NCBI GenBank assembly: GCA_963809485.1
Contig: CAWEJX010000008.1
Coordinates: 416,001 to 480,000 of the forward strand
Length of the DNA: 64,000 nt
Direction: 5' to 3'
Source: an uncultured Acidobacteriota bacterium
GTDB lineage: Bacteria; Acidobacteriota; UBA6911
The notes under the pieces are model-generated. The model worked only from the letters and a program-made list of their open reading frames with translations, was not told where the DNA came from and ran no database searches. A program made the translations under genes and the position numbers. Shown here in pieces: positions 20,865-31,710 of this stretch. Positions within the stretch are counted from its first letter, which is position 1; the number at the start of each line of letters is the position of its first letter.

Positions 20865-21695
20865 TTACTTGCTGAGGCGGAGTATGCAGGCTGCGGCATT
20901 GAAGCGCACCGTCTCGTTCTCGTCGCTCAGCCGCGGCACGACGGCCTTGAGAAGCGCAGCATCGCCGCGCCGCCCGATGGCATCGATCGCGGCCGCCCGC
21001 ACCATCCACTTCTCGTCGCCCGCAGCCTTGGCCAGGGCCGCAGCGGACTTCGGATCGGGATCGCGCGCGAGCCTCAGCGCTGCCGCGGCCCGGACGGGGC
21101 TCTCGTCATCCTTGCTTATTGCTTTGAACGCGCCGTAGCCAATGCCCGCGAAGGGTATAAAACTGATCCCCTGCTCGAAGCCGAGCTTCGCAAGTGCCTT
21201 GGGGTCTTTCAGCATTTTCATCTGGGAGTCGACCAGACCTGTCCCGCTTTTCATCTCACGCGTGAGAGCCGCAAAATAGATTTCATAGGCGGCAGCGTCG
21301 TTCAGCTTGTAGAGGGAGCCGGCAGCTGCAAACACCACTTCCGCTGTGCCGGCGTGCAGAGCTTGCTTCAGCGCCGGAATTGCATTCTTCGAACCGACTT
21401 CACCCAGGCAACCGGCAGCTGCGGCCCGCACTTCGGGCTTTTCATCTCCAAGAGCGGCGAGCGCCATCTTTTCTGCCGTCGGGTTCCGCGAAATCAGGCC
21501 CATGGCCTGCATGGCCCGGACCCGCGATTCGGCAGACTTGTTCGCAGCGCCGGCCTTTAGTACTTCCCATGCTTTGTCGCTCGATCCCTGAGAATAGACT
21601 GGGACCATCATAGCCAGGGAAAACTGCAGCGCTAAGACCATCGCCCCTGCTGCGGCACGGGATCTTACTCGTGAATTCTGATCTTTGAATCTCAT
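20865..21695 (-). CDS. HEAT-repeat protein, exported
   Basis: Repeated DEKPEVRAAAA, DDESPVRAAAA, DEKWMVRAAA, DENETVRFNAA. Confidence 0.85.
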   Translation of the reverse strand: MRFKDQNSRVRSRAAAGAMVLALQFSLAMMVPVYSQGSSDKAWEVLKAGAANKSAESRVRAMQAMGLISRNPTAEKMALAALGDEKPEVRAAAAGCLGEVGSKNAIPALKQALHAGTAEVVFAAAGSLYKLNDAAAYEIYFAALTREMKSGTGLVDSQMKMLKDPKALAKLGFEQGISFIPFAGIGYGAFKAISKDDESPVRAAAALRLARDPDPKSAAALAKAAGDEKWMVRAAAIDAIGRRGDAALLKAVVPRLSDENETVRFNAAACILRLSK

Positions 21696-22086
21696 AAAGC
21701 TCCTTTTCTCTGCGGTTTCTTTCGGCAGGATCCTACACTCTGACAGCGATGAGATGCACGAGGCGGGCCTCCTGGTTTAAAAGGAAAGGTTGATCACGCC
21801 TCCCACGGTATTCATGACTTCAGCCTTCTCCTGCTCCCTTTTACTTCCCATGACACTTTTTGAACCTCACTCCGCTCCCACTCCGTGCGCTCCGACCTCC
21901 ACTCCGCGTTTGGGGATAAAACTCAACCGAGCTGTAGGCACTTATTCATCCGCATGTAACTCGCTCCTATGTTATGTTAACTGGGAACGGTTCTCCCGAT
22001 GATTCAAACACCCGCAAAAGCCTGCAATATTATTACGAGACTAGGTTTGCCGGCCCCGTCGTCGAGGCTTTGACTGGGCGTGGTTT

Positions 22087-24061
22087 TCATGTTCGGCCCA
22101 CCTTGATCGCCCGGACCTCCGCGGCGCGGCCATCTACCGGGATCACGGGCGGTTCGCCCTTATCCTTGACCGGCAAGTTGCGCAGGTGATCCATGATCGC
22201 CTGCCACTCCTTGATCTCGCGGCCGGCCTCTTTCCCTGTTCCGTGGTCGACACTGGCCGAATCCGTCGTCCCAGGCGGCGGCAGCAGGTAGGGCGTGCCG
22301 CCGCGTGGATCCTCAAGCGCCTCTACTTTCGACGTGAGCGGCTTCCCCTTCTTGTTCTTGGGCACCAGGGCCAGTTTCCCCTTGGTGTACTTAGGGATGG
22401 CCACGATGATCGGGGCGACCATCAACGGACAGGTCAGGCTGTACAAGCGCTCGTCCTTGCCACTGATGTCGATGGCCTTGTAACCGCGATCCAGGTCGCC
22501 CAATTCGATCGCCGTCACCGCGTCAAACTTCGGGCGCGACGGGTCGTAGCGAAATCTCACGCCGGATGTGCGCGGAAAATATTCGCCGGGGTGCGCGGGG
22601 CTGTCCACGAGAAAGAACTCGAGCAAATTCTTCAGGTCCTGTCCGGTGAAATAACCGGTCACAAGCGAGCTGCCAGGCGTCGGGTCAACCACCCCGGAGC
22701 CGAGTGGCGCTACGGCGAATACATCGTAGACGGTCTGCACCCCCGTCTTTCCGCGCGAAAGACCGGCGCGCATCATGCCATTGGCGGTAAACCCGATGTC
22801 GGCCTTCGTCGCTCCGCGAAACGAGTCGGTGACAAGGTTGGCCAGGAGTGTTCCGGCGGCGATGTCCGTGTACGTATTGGGCAAATCGCGCGGCGCGATG
22901 GCCAGAGGTTGGTCGATGCGATAGCCCCGCGACGCGAACGCGGCTGCGGTGACTGACTTCTTTAGCACTTCGATCTCGGCAGCAACGGCCCGGTCGCCGG
23001 CGATGGTGTCGTCGATCGAATGGAGCCGGTACGAATCCACCGTCAGTTTGTCGCCGTCCACCGTGATGACCAGTTCACCGAGATTGCGACTCTCCTTCCC
23101 GGTTTGGACGACGGGCGCGTGGCCATTGACGATGATCGCGTCTTGGCAGCTCGGTGTGGCTGTGGCCGCCGATCACCACGTCGATACCCGGAACGTCCTT
23201 GGCCAGACGCACGTCCTCGCCGTCGGTGTAGCGCCCTCCATCCCCTTTCACCACGCCGCCGTGACTGAGCGCGATGACCAGGTTCACCTTCTCCTTCTCG
23301 CGCAGGATCTTCACCATCTCCCTGGCGGACTCGGTGGGGTCGGCGAAGGTAGTGGCTCCGCCGCTGGTGTAGATCATGGCCTCCTTGCCCAGCGTTCCGA
23401 AGACTCCGAACCGGATGCCGCCGCGCTCAATCACCACGTAACGGCGAATAACCCCCTCTTTAGCCAAGCGCTGGAGGTCGGCCAACGTCGTGTCGCTACC
23501 GGTGAAACTGGCATTCGTGGCGAGCACCGCCGGGATGCGGCCGGCCTTGACGGCCATGCCGATGGACTTGCCCAGGCCGGCCGGCCCGAGATCGAATTCA
23601 TGATTGCCGAAGGTCGTGGCGTCATATCCCATCAAGCCCATCATGTGCAGCTCGCCACCGGTCTCGCGCGTCGCGGCGCTGAACGCTGTGCCCATACTGT
23701 AGTCGCCCGCGTCGAGCACTAACACCGGACCTTGGCCTTTGCGCGCCTCCTTCCGCTTCGCGATCAAGCCGGCCAGGCGCGCATATCCGCCCATGGTCGT
23801 GTCGTCGTTGAGCGTGAACGGCGTGTAATCCGAAGCCGGACCCATGCCGATGAAGCTCGCGTGCATGTCGTTGGTGTGCAGGATGGTGAAGGTCTTCTTC
23901 CCATCCGCTGCCGCGGCCAATTCTCCGGGTAGTATGAACGTCACGCCGACGGCTGCAGCACCCGCCAGGAAGTCGCGCCGGGTGAGCGTCTCGCGGGACA
24001 GGACGGCGATGGTCTCATCCCCGTCTTCTGCCGCGGTCGGCTTACTGTCTGTTGTTTGCAT
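22087..24061 (-). CDS. Tat-exported bifunctional metallophosphatase/5'-nucleotidase; frameshift near 23145
   Basis: TRRDFL Tat motif, ILHTNDMH, LDAGD, GNHEFD, LSHGG, GGHSH; C-terminal domain in ORF 22087-23061. Confidence 0.88.
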
Positions 24062-24284
24062 TGCCGTCTCCTTGATTTTTCAGAATCCCGATTATTTTTG
24101 ACCGAAACACATCCGGATAGGACGGGTGCGGCCCGGTGGGTTGAGTCAGTGTTTCATACAGTGCGATTCTTGTCGCCCGCGCCTTTCATTACGCTGTAGA
24201 GCACCTGAATGAAGATTCCGATTGTGACTGGCAGCAATCTCGAACCTGTTTTCAAAGCAGCTTATTCGGACTATAAACCTCATT

Positions 24285-24698
24285 TCAGGTGCGCAGCAGG
24301 GACCAGAGCCCGTAGAGTCCGAGAACCGCAATAAATAGGGCGATGGTAATGCTCAAAGGCCATTGGGATATGGAGACTTGCTCTCCTCGGCGCAATCTGC
24401 GCAATGTCATCCAGTGGGAAAGGGCAGCCAGCGTGGTTGCGACCAGTCCGAGAACAACCAGCGCAACTCCCATGTGGATTGCCGCCTGGTGCAAACGCGT
24501 CGTCTGTTCGCTCTGTGTTGCCTGCCGCACGGCCCGGAAAAACCCAATCATCCCGAAACCAAAGGTGGCGAAGGTTAATGCGGTGCGAATCCAGGCCAAG
24601 GTGGTTCGGTCAAGTGCGAGTGAAACACGGAACTTTGCGAGATTGGTACGTTCACCGGCCAATGCGGTTCTCGGATCATCCTCTGGAATCTCGGCCAT
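24285..24698 (-). CDS. YidH/DUF202 membrane protein
   Basis: LAGERTNLA, LALDRTTLAWIRTAL, 3 TM segments. Confidence 0.85.
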   Translation of the reverse strand: MAEIPEDDPRTALAGERTNLAKFRVSLALDRTTLAWIRTALTFATFGFGMIGFFRAVRQATQSEQTTRLHQAAIHMGVALVVLGLVATTLAALSHWMTLRRLRRGEQVSISQWPLSITIALFIAVLGLYGLWSLLRT

Positions 24699-24931
24699 GC
24701 TGTCCCCTCCGTCAGACTGAAGCGCAGATTCTCCGAAGCCAGCGGCTTTACGAATCCTTCATATCGGAACCAAGCCTGTCAAGTTGCCGACGCGCCTTGA
24801 TTGAATGGGCCGGGTGTCCATTTACAGGCCCCCTATCATGCCTCCAAATTGCGGAACGTGACACACACATGACTGGGGTGCCGCATACGTTCCCTTTCGC
24901 GGATTTTGCGGCTGAAGAAGACATCTGCCTT

Positions 24932-26344
24932 CTAACTCCCCTCGTCCAACTGAACGTCGGCTTCGGTTTCCCCCCGCTTGATGGAAGCCAGCAGTGTGGC
25001 GTGGTCCTGCTCTGTTTGATCTCCGTAACTCTCGGCCCACTCCGCCAGAGCTTCATCCAGGACCGTGGATTTACCGCAGTAGCCGGCGATTCGGGCTGAG
25101 TCTCCCGTCCGGGCGTGCGCTCGGGCGAGAATTGCGCCACACAGCCAGGCGTAGAAGTTGAACGAGGCGCCGGTCAGCCACTCGACTGGAATAGATGCTT
25201 TCAGGTTCTTCATCTGTCGCACCATGTAATCTCGCCCGTCCATTTCGGCGTGACCCAGCAATGGATCGGAAGAGGCCTGCAGCGAACGTTGTCCAAACAC
25301 CACCCGCTTCCCCTGGTGGTGAAACTCCTCCGGGAGGGGCGGAAGGTAGGGAGCATGAGCCGCCCGAGCGGACTCCTTCACCTGCAGAAACAGGGGATCG
25401 GCCTCTCCGTTTCCAAACAGCAGGGCAAGGTACGCACGGGTTCCCACCGATCCGACACCCACCACCCGGTGGGCGACATCGACAAGTTGATAGCGGCTTA
25501 GCATAAACCGCCGTTCGCGCGACAGACTGTTTGAATAGCGGTTCAAGCAATCAAGCACCGCTGCCTTGGTGGAATCATTGACCCGCGTCAACACCGGCGG
25601 ATCGTCGCGAAACTTCCAGGACCCGTTCTTCCCGCGCTCGGCGACCTTAGGCAGAAGCGTTCGGTTGTCCGTCTGCAGGGCTTTGGCCAGCGTCTTGGAG
25701 AAAACCGCTCTCGACTTGGGATCGATTTTGGCTAAGGGATTCTCGCGCCCGGGATACGCATGCAGGTACCAGACATCCAGCACACCCATGTTCTGCAGAC
25801 GGTTGGCATTGAATCGATAGCCCTCCACAGCCCGCATCACTCCCGCAGCCCGCTCGCGCCGGTTCAGGCCATTCTGGCGCCCGGAAACATTTACGCTCGC
25901 CACCAGTCGCTTCAGGTCCCATTCCCAGGGACCGGCGACCGCTTCATCAAAATCGTTCAGGTCAAAAACCACTTCCCTTTGCGGCGTGCCGTAGAAACCG
26001 AAGTTGTTCATGTGTGCGTCGCCATCCATTACCACGGGGATTCCGCTGATGGGTGACGTTGAGAGATCCGCCGCCATGACGCACGCCGCGCCCCGCAGGA
26101 ATGTGAACGGCGAAGCCGCCATTCGGCCCAGGCGCAGCGGAACCAGGTGCTTCTGCCTTCCTTTGTTGCTTGCGGCGAGTAGTTTCAGCGGATCAGGCCG
26201 GTTCTTCCCCGGCTTCCACTCCGCATGTGACTCGCGCGGGACCGCCCGGCGAAGCGCCTTGCCATTGGCGCGGCGTTGCTCCCACGAGGCCAGCTTGATC
26301 CCCAAATCGAACTTCGGTAGTGGTTCAATCTTCGCTATTGCCAT
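24932..26344 (-). CDS. DUF2252-domain protein (kinase-like fold)
   Basis: RMAASPFTFLRG, GDAHMNNFG, FDLNDFDEA, RVVGVGSVGTR, LFLQVKE, LARAHAR. Confidence 0.9.
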   Translation of the reverse strand: MAIAKIEPLPKFDLGIKLASWEQRRANGKALRRAVPRESHAEWKPGKNRPDPLKLLAASNKGRQKHLVPLRLGRMAASPFTFLRGAACVMAADLSTSPISGIPVVMDGDAHMNNFGFYGTPQREVVFDLNDFDEAVAGPWEWDLKRLVASVNVSGRQNGLNRRERAAGVMRAVEGYRFNANRLQNMGVLDVWYLHAYPGRENPLAKIDPKSRAVFSKTLAKALQTDNRTLLPKVAERGKNGSWKFRDDPPVLTRVNDSTKAAVLDCLNRYSNSLSRERRFMLSRYQLVDVAHRVVGVGSVGTRAYLALLFGNGEADPLFLQVKESARAAHAPYLPPLPEEFHHQGKRVVFGQRSLQASSDPLLGHAEMDGRDYMVRQMKNLKASIPVEWLTGASFNFYAWLCGAILARAHARTGDSARIAGYCGKSTVLDEALAEWAESYGDQTEQDHATLLASIKRGETEADVQLDEGS

Positions 26345-27074
26345 GTTGCCTCCTATAAGTCCACTCTGCCCCGCCATTGGCGTAGAAGATCGCTTCTTTC
26401 CCGATCACGCCGAAGAGGCCGAAGCGAATCCCATTTCGTTCGATCACGAGGGAACGGCGGATCACTCCATCACTGGAAAGTCGCTGGAGATCGGCAAGTG
26501 TTGCATCTTGTTTCGCAAAGCTGGTATTTGTGGCAAGCACCGCAGGAACCCGGCCCGCTTTCGCGGCCACGCCGATGGACTGGCCCAGGCCTTCAGGCCC
26601 GTAGTCGAATTCATGGTTGCCGAAGGTGGTGGCGTCGTATCCCATGCGGGACATGAGCTTCAGTTCGCCGCCGATCTCGCGGGTGGCGGCGCGGAACGCG
26701 GTCCCCATGCTGTAGTCGCCCGCGTCAAGCACGAGCACGGGACCCTGACCTTTGCGCGCTTCCTTTCTATTTGCGATCAGTGCGGCCAGACGCGCATACC
26801 CGCCTCGGGTCTTGTCGTCGTTGAGCGTGAATGGCGTGTAATCCCTTGCTGGGCCCATCCCGATGAAGGCCGAGTGCACGTCATTGGTGTGCAGAATTGT
26901 GAAAGTCTTCTTTCCTTCTTGCGCTGCGAACAGGGCTCCGGGCAGGGGCAGCCTCGCGCCGGCTGCCGCTGAGCCGGCAAGGAACTCGCGACGTGAGATT
27001 GCATCGCTTGACACAAGGGTAATGGTCTCCTTCCCGTCCGCTTCTGTCGCCCGGTCATTGTCTCTGTTTTTCAT
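26325..27074 (-). pseudogene. Truncated paralog of the 5'-nucleotidase (N-terminal part only)
   Basis: Highly similar to 23075-24061 (SRREFL, ILHTNDVH, GNHEFD); similarity stops near 26370. Confidence 0.85.
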
Positions 27075-27106
27075 AGTTGTATCCCTTAAGTTGCTGATTG
27101 GTTTGC

Positions 27107-27331
27107 TCACTTCACCCTTTCGACGCCCGGCAATACCCACGAGCGGTCTAAGAAAGGTTTCAGCGGGCTGTTGGCGCGGAAATACATGAACCACATCTTG
27201 CACGGGATCCCCTGTTGAAAGCCCATCTCGCCGACGCGGGTTTGGACGGTTTCCTGGGCGCTGGCAAACGTGGCGCTTACGGCAAATGATAGCGCGGCGG
27301 CGATGAGGTTTTGTGTGCGCGAGGTTTTCAT
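27107..27331 (-). pseudogene. Internally deleted DUF1254/DUF1214-type protein
   Basis: Signal peptide plus ETVQTRVGEMGFQQGIP fused directly to the C-terminal WFMYFRANSPLKPFLDRSWVLPGVERVK. Confidence 0.6.
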
Positions 27332-27346
27332 GGTTGTGCTCCTTCG

Positions 27347-28546
27347 TCAGACAAGAATCTTGACCAGCCGCGTGACCAGATCCTCAAGCGAAAAGACCGT
27401 CAGCAGCAGCGGCAAAAGGGGCAAGGCCGACGCAACCACAAGCGGCGTCACATCTTTTATTCCAAATGGGACCACGCGCATCTCTTGAACGATTGAGTAA
27501 CTGTTTCCGAGATCAGCCAGCGACTGAATATCGCCGCTGCCCAAAAGCTCTTCGCCCTTCGGTGCGCCTCCGCGAATCCACTTCCCGTCAAACTCCTGCA
27601 CGTAGCGACTGGCCAGCGTGCCGTATTCACCCAAGCCTTTTCTCTTTGCGCGCAAGAGCTGGGGCATGAACATGCCGAGGGGGCAGAGGATCACCAGCAC
27701 AAAGAAAGCCACGAACCCTGCAATTTCCACCTTGAAGGACAGCAGGCTCTTCCCCTCAAACAGAATCTGGGTGGCAATGATTCCGGAGAGCAATGCGCCC
27801 TGGGCAAAGAGGATCGGACTGAAGGCGTAAGCGGTTTTGCCCAGAAAGCCTAGCCCGCCTGCGCGATCTGGGTGTGTGGGAATGAGGTCGAGGTTCAGCC
27901 GCGCGACCTGCCATAGAAACCGAAACCAAATCAAGAGCCGCAAGTACCACCGACCCAAGATGAATTGGAAAAGCGGAACACTGGCAAAGGCGTACCAGTA
28001 GCCGGCGAGTGTAAGATGCAATTGGGTATCCTGCGGCGTCGCGTACCAGGTTGCTGCACCGATGGCAAGCTGGCTCCGCCAGATCCAGTGCCCAAGCGTA
28101 TAGACCAGGACGAGGATCCCCACCTCCAGGCCGGTCGAGTTACGCAGGCGCATGGCGGAGTCGATGGCCGCCTGAAACTTTGGCATCTCTTCGGGGACGA
28201 CAATGCTCCGCTCCACGAACTTTAGCACCGCCGGCCGGATGCGAAGGTGGACGATCAGTTCGGCAGCGACCAGCGCGGGTAGCGCAACCAGGAAGCGAGC
28301 GTGCGCCTCGATGTCGTGCAAAAACGGGATTTTGATGGCACCGCCCAGCGCATGCCCGCCAATCAACGACAAGAGCAATAGCGGGAGCCACGCCAAGAGC
28401 GGTATGAAAAAAATGCGGCGGTGGAGCAACTCCAGTGCGTCTCCGGAGAGATGTGACCTCCGGAACAATTGATACAGAGGACCGCCCAAGACCAGCGAAA
28501 AGTCGGGCGATTCTTGGAGAGGCGTGGTTTTTTTCATAGTGCACAA
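27347..28546 (-). CDS. Conserved hypothetical integral membrane protein
   Basis: DFSLVLGGPLYQL, PTHPDRAGGLGFL, LLGSGDIQSLADL; multiple TM segments. Confidence 0.75.
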   Translation of the reverse strand: MCTMKKTTPLQESPDFSLVLGGPLYQLFRRSHLSGDALELLHRRIFFIPLLAWLPLLLLSLIGGHALGGAIKIPFLHDIEAHARFLVALPALVAAELIVHLRIRPAVLKFVERSIVVPEEMPKFQAAIDSAMRLRNSTGLEVGILVLVYTLGHWIWRSQLAIGAATWYATPQDTQLHLTLAGYWYAFASVPLFQFILGRWYLRLLIWFRFLWQVARLNLDLIPTHPDRAGGLGFLGKTAYAFSPILFAQGALLSGIIATQILFEGKSLLSFKVEIAGFVAFFVLVILCPLGMFMPQLLRAKRKGLGEYGTLASRYVQEFDGKWIRGGAPKGEELLGSGDIQSLADLGNSYSIVQEMRVVPFGIKDVTPLVVASALPLLPLLLTVFSLEDLVTRLVKILV

Positions 28547-28638
28547 TCCTCAAAACTCACGTTCCGGCGGCGGCAGGTTGCCTTGCGCGGTAATCTTCCC
28601 CGATAACTGCCATGTCCATCCAGTGGTCGATTGGTTTT

Positions 28639-28673
28639 CCGGGCCGCACCCGGTTGGAACAGGTGCGGCCCGG
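28639..28673 (-). terminator. Hairpin downstream of the sulfatase
   Basis: ccgggccgcacc...ggtgcggcccgg. Confidence 0.5.
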
Positions 28674-28693
28674 TGAATTGACTCAGAGCCGCG

Positions 28694-30337
28694 TTAGTGC
28701 GCCTTCGACAACTCTTCGATCTGCTTCTGCATCTTCGACAGGTTGAATGACCCTGCCGTCGCGCTGGGCGGATAATCGATCATGGTCTTGAGGAACTTGC
28801 CGGCCATCTCGGTGAGCGGCACAATGACGAACGGACGGTCGAGGAACCAGTCGTTGTAGGTATTCGAGTTGTGCTGGGACTTCTCGAACGGATCGCGACG
28901 CAGGTTGAAGAGCAGCGGGATGCGCAGCTCAACAAACGGCTCGCGCCAGACACCGAAGGCTTCACCCCGGTTTTCCAGCCACACGAGCTTCCAGTCCTGA
29001 TAACGCGCCGCGACGAGTTCGCCGTCGTCGTTCACATACCAGAACTCATTGCGGGGCGACTCCTTCACCTTGCCGCTGAGGTAGTCGAGCTGGTTGTAGC
29101 CGTCGATGTAGTTGCGATAATGGCGGCCGTTGATGTCGGCGCCCTTGAGGAGTTGCTCCTTGATGTCAGGATTCCCGGCCGCTGCGGCAAACGTCGGAAG
29201 CCAGTCCTCGTGCGAAACGATTCCGTTCAAGGTCGTTCCGGCGGGGAAATGCCCGGGCCAGCGGACGAAGCAAGGCACGCGGTACGCGCCTTCCCAGTTC
29301 GAGTTTTTCTCGCCGCGGAACGGCGTGGTGCCGGCATCCGGCCAGGTGTTGTAGTGCGGACCGTTGTCCGTGGAATACTGGACGATGGTGTCGTTGGCGA
29401 GGCCGAGGTCATCGATGAGCTTGAGCAATTCACCCACGTGCATGTCGTGTTCGACCATGCCGTCGCTGTATTCATCCTGTCCGGAAATGCCGCGATGTTC
29501 CGCCTTCACGTGCGTGCGGAAGTGCATGCGGGTGCCGTTCCACCAGACAAAGAACGGCGTGCCAGCCTTGACCGAGCGTTGGATGAAGTCCTTGGCCGCA
29601 GCGATGGCTTCGTCGTCAACCGTCTCCATGCGCTTCTTGGTGAGCGGGCCGGTGTTCTCGATTTTCTGTCCGCCCTTGCCATCCGCCCAGGTATGGAGCA
29701 CGCCGCGGGGACCATACTTCTTGCGGAACTCCGGGTTCTTGGGGTAATCCAAATTCTCCGGCTCTTCTTCGGAGTTGAGATGGTAGAGGCTGCCGAGGAA
29801 CTCGTCGAAGCCGTGCATGGTGGGCAGATGCTCGTCCAGGTCGCCCTGATGGTTCTTGCCGAACTGGCCGGTGGCATAGCCCTGGCTCTTAAGGACCGTG
29901 GCCATTGTCACGTCCACTTTTTTCCAGCCTTCCTTCGCGCCCGGGAGACCGACTTTGGTCATGCCGTTGCGGACGGGGACTGAGCCACTGATGAAGGCGG
30001 AGCGCCCGGCCGTGCAGCTCTGCTGCGCGTAGTAGTCGGTGAAGGCCACGCCTTCCTTGGCGATGCGATCAATGTTCGGCGTCTTGTAGCCCATCATGCC
30101 ACGGCTGTTGTGGCTGATGTTCCAAGTGCCGATGTCGTCGCCCCAGATGACGAGGATATTGGGTTTCTTGCTTTGCCCCGCTCTAGCTGCTGTGGAGGCT
30201 TGGTTCGCTGCCTGTGCGCACAACGGCATAGCCGCAAGCGCGATTCCGCCTGCGATGCCCAGCGTTGTCAGGAACCGCTTCGTGCCGCTGCCTTCCCCGA
30301 GGATGCTCCTCATGGGGAGTTCATTTGCTGCTCTCAT
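28694..30337 (-). CDS. Arylsulfatase, Cys-type with a CxAxR signature
   Basis: KPNILVIWGDDIG, SCTAGR, FGKNH, HGFDEF, STDNG, RGEK..WEGAYRVP. Confidence 0.93.
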   Translation of the reverse strand: MRAANELPMRSILGEGSGTKRFLTTLGIAGGIALAAMPLCAQAANQASTAARAGQSKKPNILVIWGDDIGTWNISHNSRGMMGYKTPNIDRIAKEGVAFTDYYAQQSCTAGRSAFISGSVPVRNGMTKVGLPGAKEGWKKVDVTMATVLKSQGYATGQFGKNHQGDLDEHLPTMHGFDEFLGSLYHLNSEEEPENLDYPKNPEFRKKYGPRGVLHTWADGKGGQKIENTGPLTKKRMETVDDEAIAAAKDFIQRSVKAGTPFFVWWNGTRMHFRTHVKAEHRGISGQDEYSDGMVEHDMHVGELLKLIDDLGLANDTIVQYSTDNGPHYNTWPDAGTTPFRGEKNSNWEGAYRVPCFVRWPGHFPAGTTLNGIVSHEDWLPTFAAAAGNPDIKEQLLKGADINGRHYRNYIDGYNQLDYLSGKVKESPRNEFWYVNDDGELVAARYQDWKLVWLENRGEAFGVWREPFVELRIPLLFNLRRDPFEKSQHNSNTYNDWFLDRPFVIVPLTEMAGKFLKTMIDYPPSATAGSFNLSKMQKQIEELSKAH

Positions 30338-30435
30338 TATCTTCCTCCTGCGTGTTGGGTTGACTGCTTTCCGTTCTCGTTGTCGCTTTTCTTTGCTTCT
30401 GTGATATTCCGTTGATGTCCTTTACCGCGGAATTT

Positions 30436-31710
30436 TTAGACGCCCACCGCTCTCTCTTTCTGCACGCGGCGCAGAATCTCCGGCATGTCCTTCTGGATAT
30501 GGGCATAAAACCTTTTCAAGCCCGGGCACAGATAGTTCAACCCCGCCTCCCCATCCGGCGTGCGCACCAGCCGGTTCTTCGGGCATTCTCCCCAGCAGAG
30601 CTTAAGATGCTCACACTGGCGGCAATGCTGCGGCAGCGCGTTGCGCTTGGCAAAGCCGAATTGTTTCTGCAGCTCGGAGTAGGCCATCGTTCCCCAATGC
30701 GTCTTGGAGATGTTTCCGACCCTATACTCGGGATAGACGTAGTGGTCGCACGCAAACACGTCGCCGTTGTGTTCGATCACCATGCCTTTGCCGCAGAATT
30801 CACCAGTAATGCACCGCTGCGACGGTTCGCCCAACGATTGTGCGACCGCGGTCTCGAAGAGATCCACGTGCACCTTGCCGAAATGGCCCCGCCGGTACCA
30901 GTCGTCCCAGACCTTGCACAGGAACGCGCCCCAGTCATCCGGGTCCACCGACCAGTCGGTCACGACTGAGTCCGGCGCTCCCGGCCTGGCCTGCGGCGTG
31001 CCGACGACCGGCATGCTTGCCGCGTCCCACCGCTGCGGCGCTACATCGCGAAAGACTTTCGGTTCGACGCACGAGATCAGCTGCACCCGGTGTACGCCCA
31101 ACTCGCGAATCAGGAACCGGTACACGTCGAGCGGATATTTGGCATTCTCGCGGTTGACCACGCACAGCGCGTTGAACGGCACGCCGTGCTTGTGCAGCAG
31201 ACGGGCCGCAGCCATGACTTTGTCATGGGTCGGCTCGCCGCCCTTGGTGACCCGGTAATGGTCATGCAACCGCTTCGGGCCGTCGCAGCTCAGGCCTACG
31301 AGGAAATTGTGCTGCTTGAGGAAGGCTGCCCACTCGGCATTGACCAGAACGCCGTTGGTCTGCAGATCATTCTCAACACGCTGGTGAGGCTTCTTGTAGC
31401 GGGCCTCCAGCTTCACGACTTTGCTGAAGAAGTCAAGGCCAAGCAGTGTCGGCTCGCCACCCTGCCAGGAGAACACCACCTCGTCACCCGTCTGTGCCTC
31501 GATGTATTGGCGGATGTGGCGCTCCAGCATTTCATCCGACATCCGCGGCGCACCCGGCTGATCGAGCAGCCGCTCCTTGTGGAGGTAATAGCAGTACGTG
31601 CAGTTGAGGTTGCACAGTGAGCCAACAGGCTTGACCATCGCGTGAAAACGATGCTTCATGCCGGCTGGCTGCGGCAGAAGGGTCACTTTGGGCTCAGCGA
31701 GGTTGTTCAT
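30436..31710 (-). CDS. Anaerobic sulfatase-maturating enzyme (anSME, radical SAM/SPASM)
   Basis: CNLNCTYCYY, WQGGEP, LQTNG, CDHYVYPEY, CRQC..LCWGECPKNR..NYLC. Confidence 0.93.
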   Translation of the reverse strand: MNNLAEPKVTLLPQPAGMKHRFHAMVKPVGSLCNLNCTYCYYLHKERLLDQPGAPRMSDEMLERHIRQYIEAQTGDEVVFSWQGGEPTLLGLDFFSKVVKLEARYKKPHQRVENDLQTNGVLVNAEWAAFLKQHNFLVGLSCDGPKRLHDHYRVTKGGEPTHDKVMAAARLLHKHGVPFNALCVVNRENAKYPLDVYRFLIRELGVHRVQLISCVEPKVFRDVAPQRWDAASMPVVGTPQARPGAPDSVVTDWSVDPDDWGAFLCKVWDDWYRRGHFGKVHVDLFETAVAQSLGEPSQRCITGEFCGKGMVIEHNGDVFACDHYVYPEYRVGNISKTHWGTMAYSELQKQFGFAKRNALPQHCRQCEHLKLCWGECPKNRLVRTPDGEAGLNYLCPGLKRFYAHIQKDMPEILRRVQKERAVGV

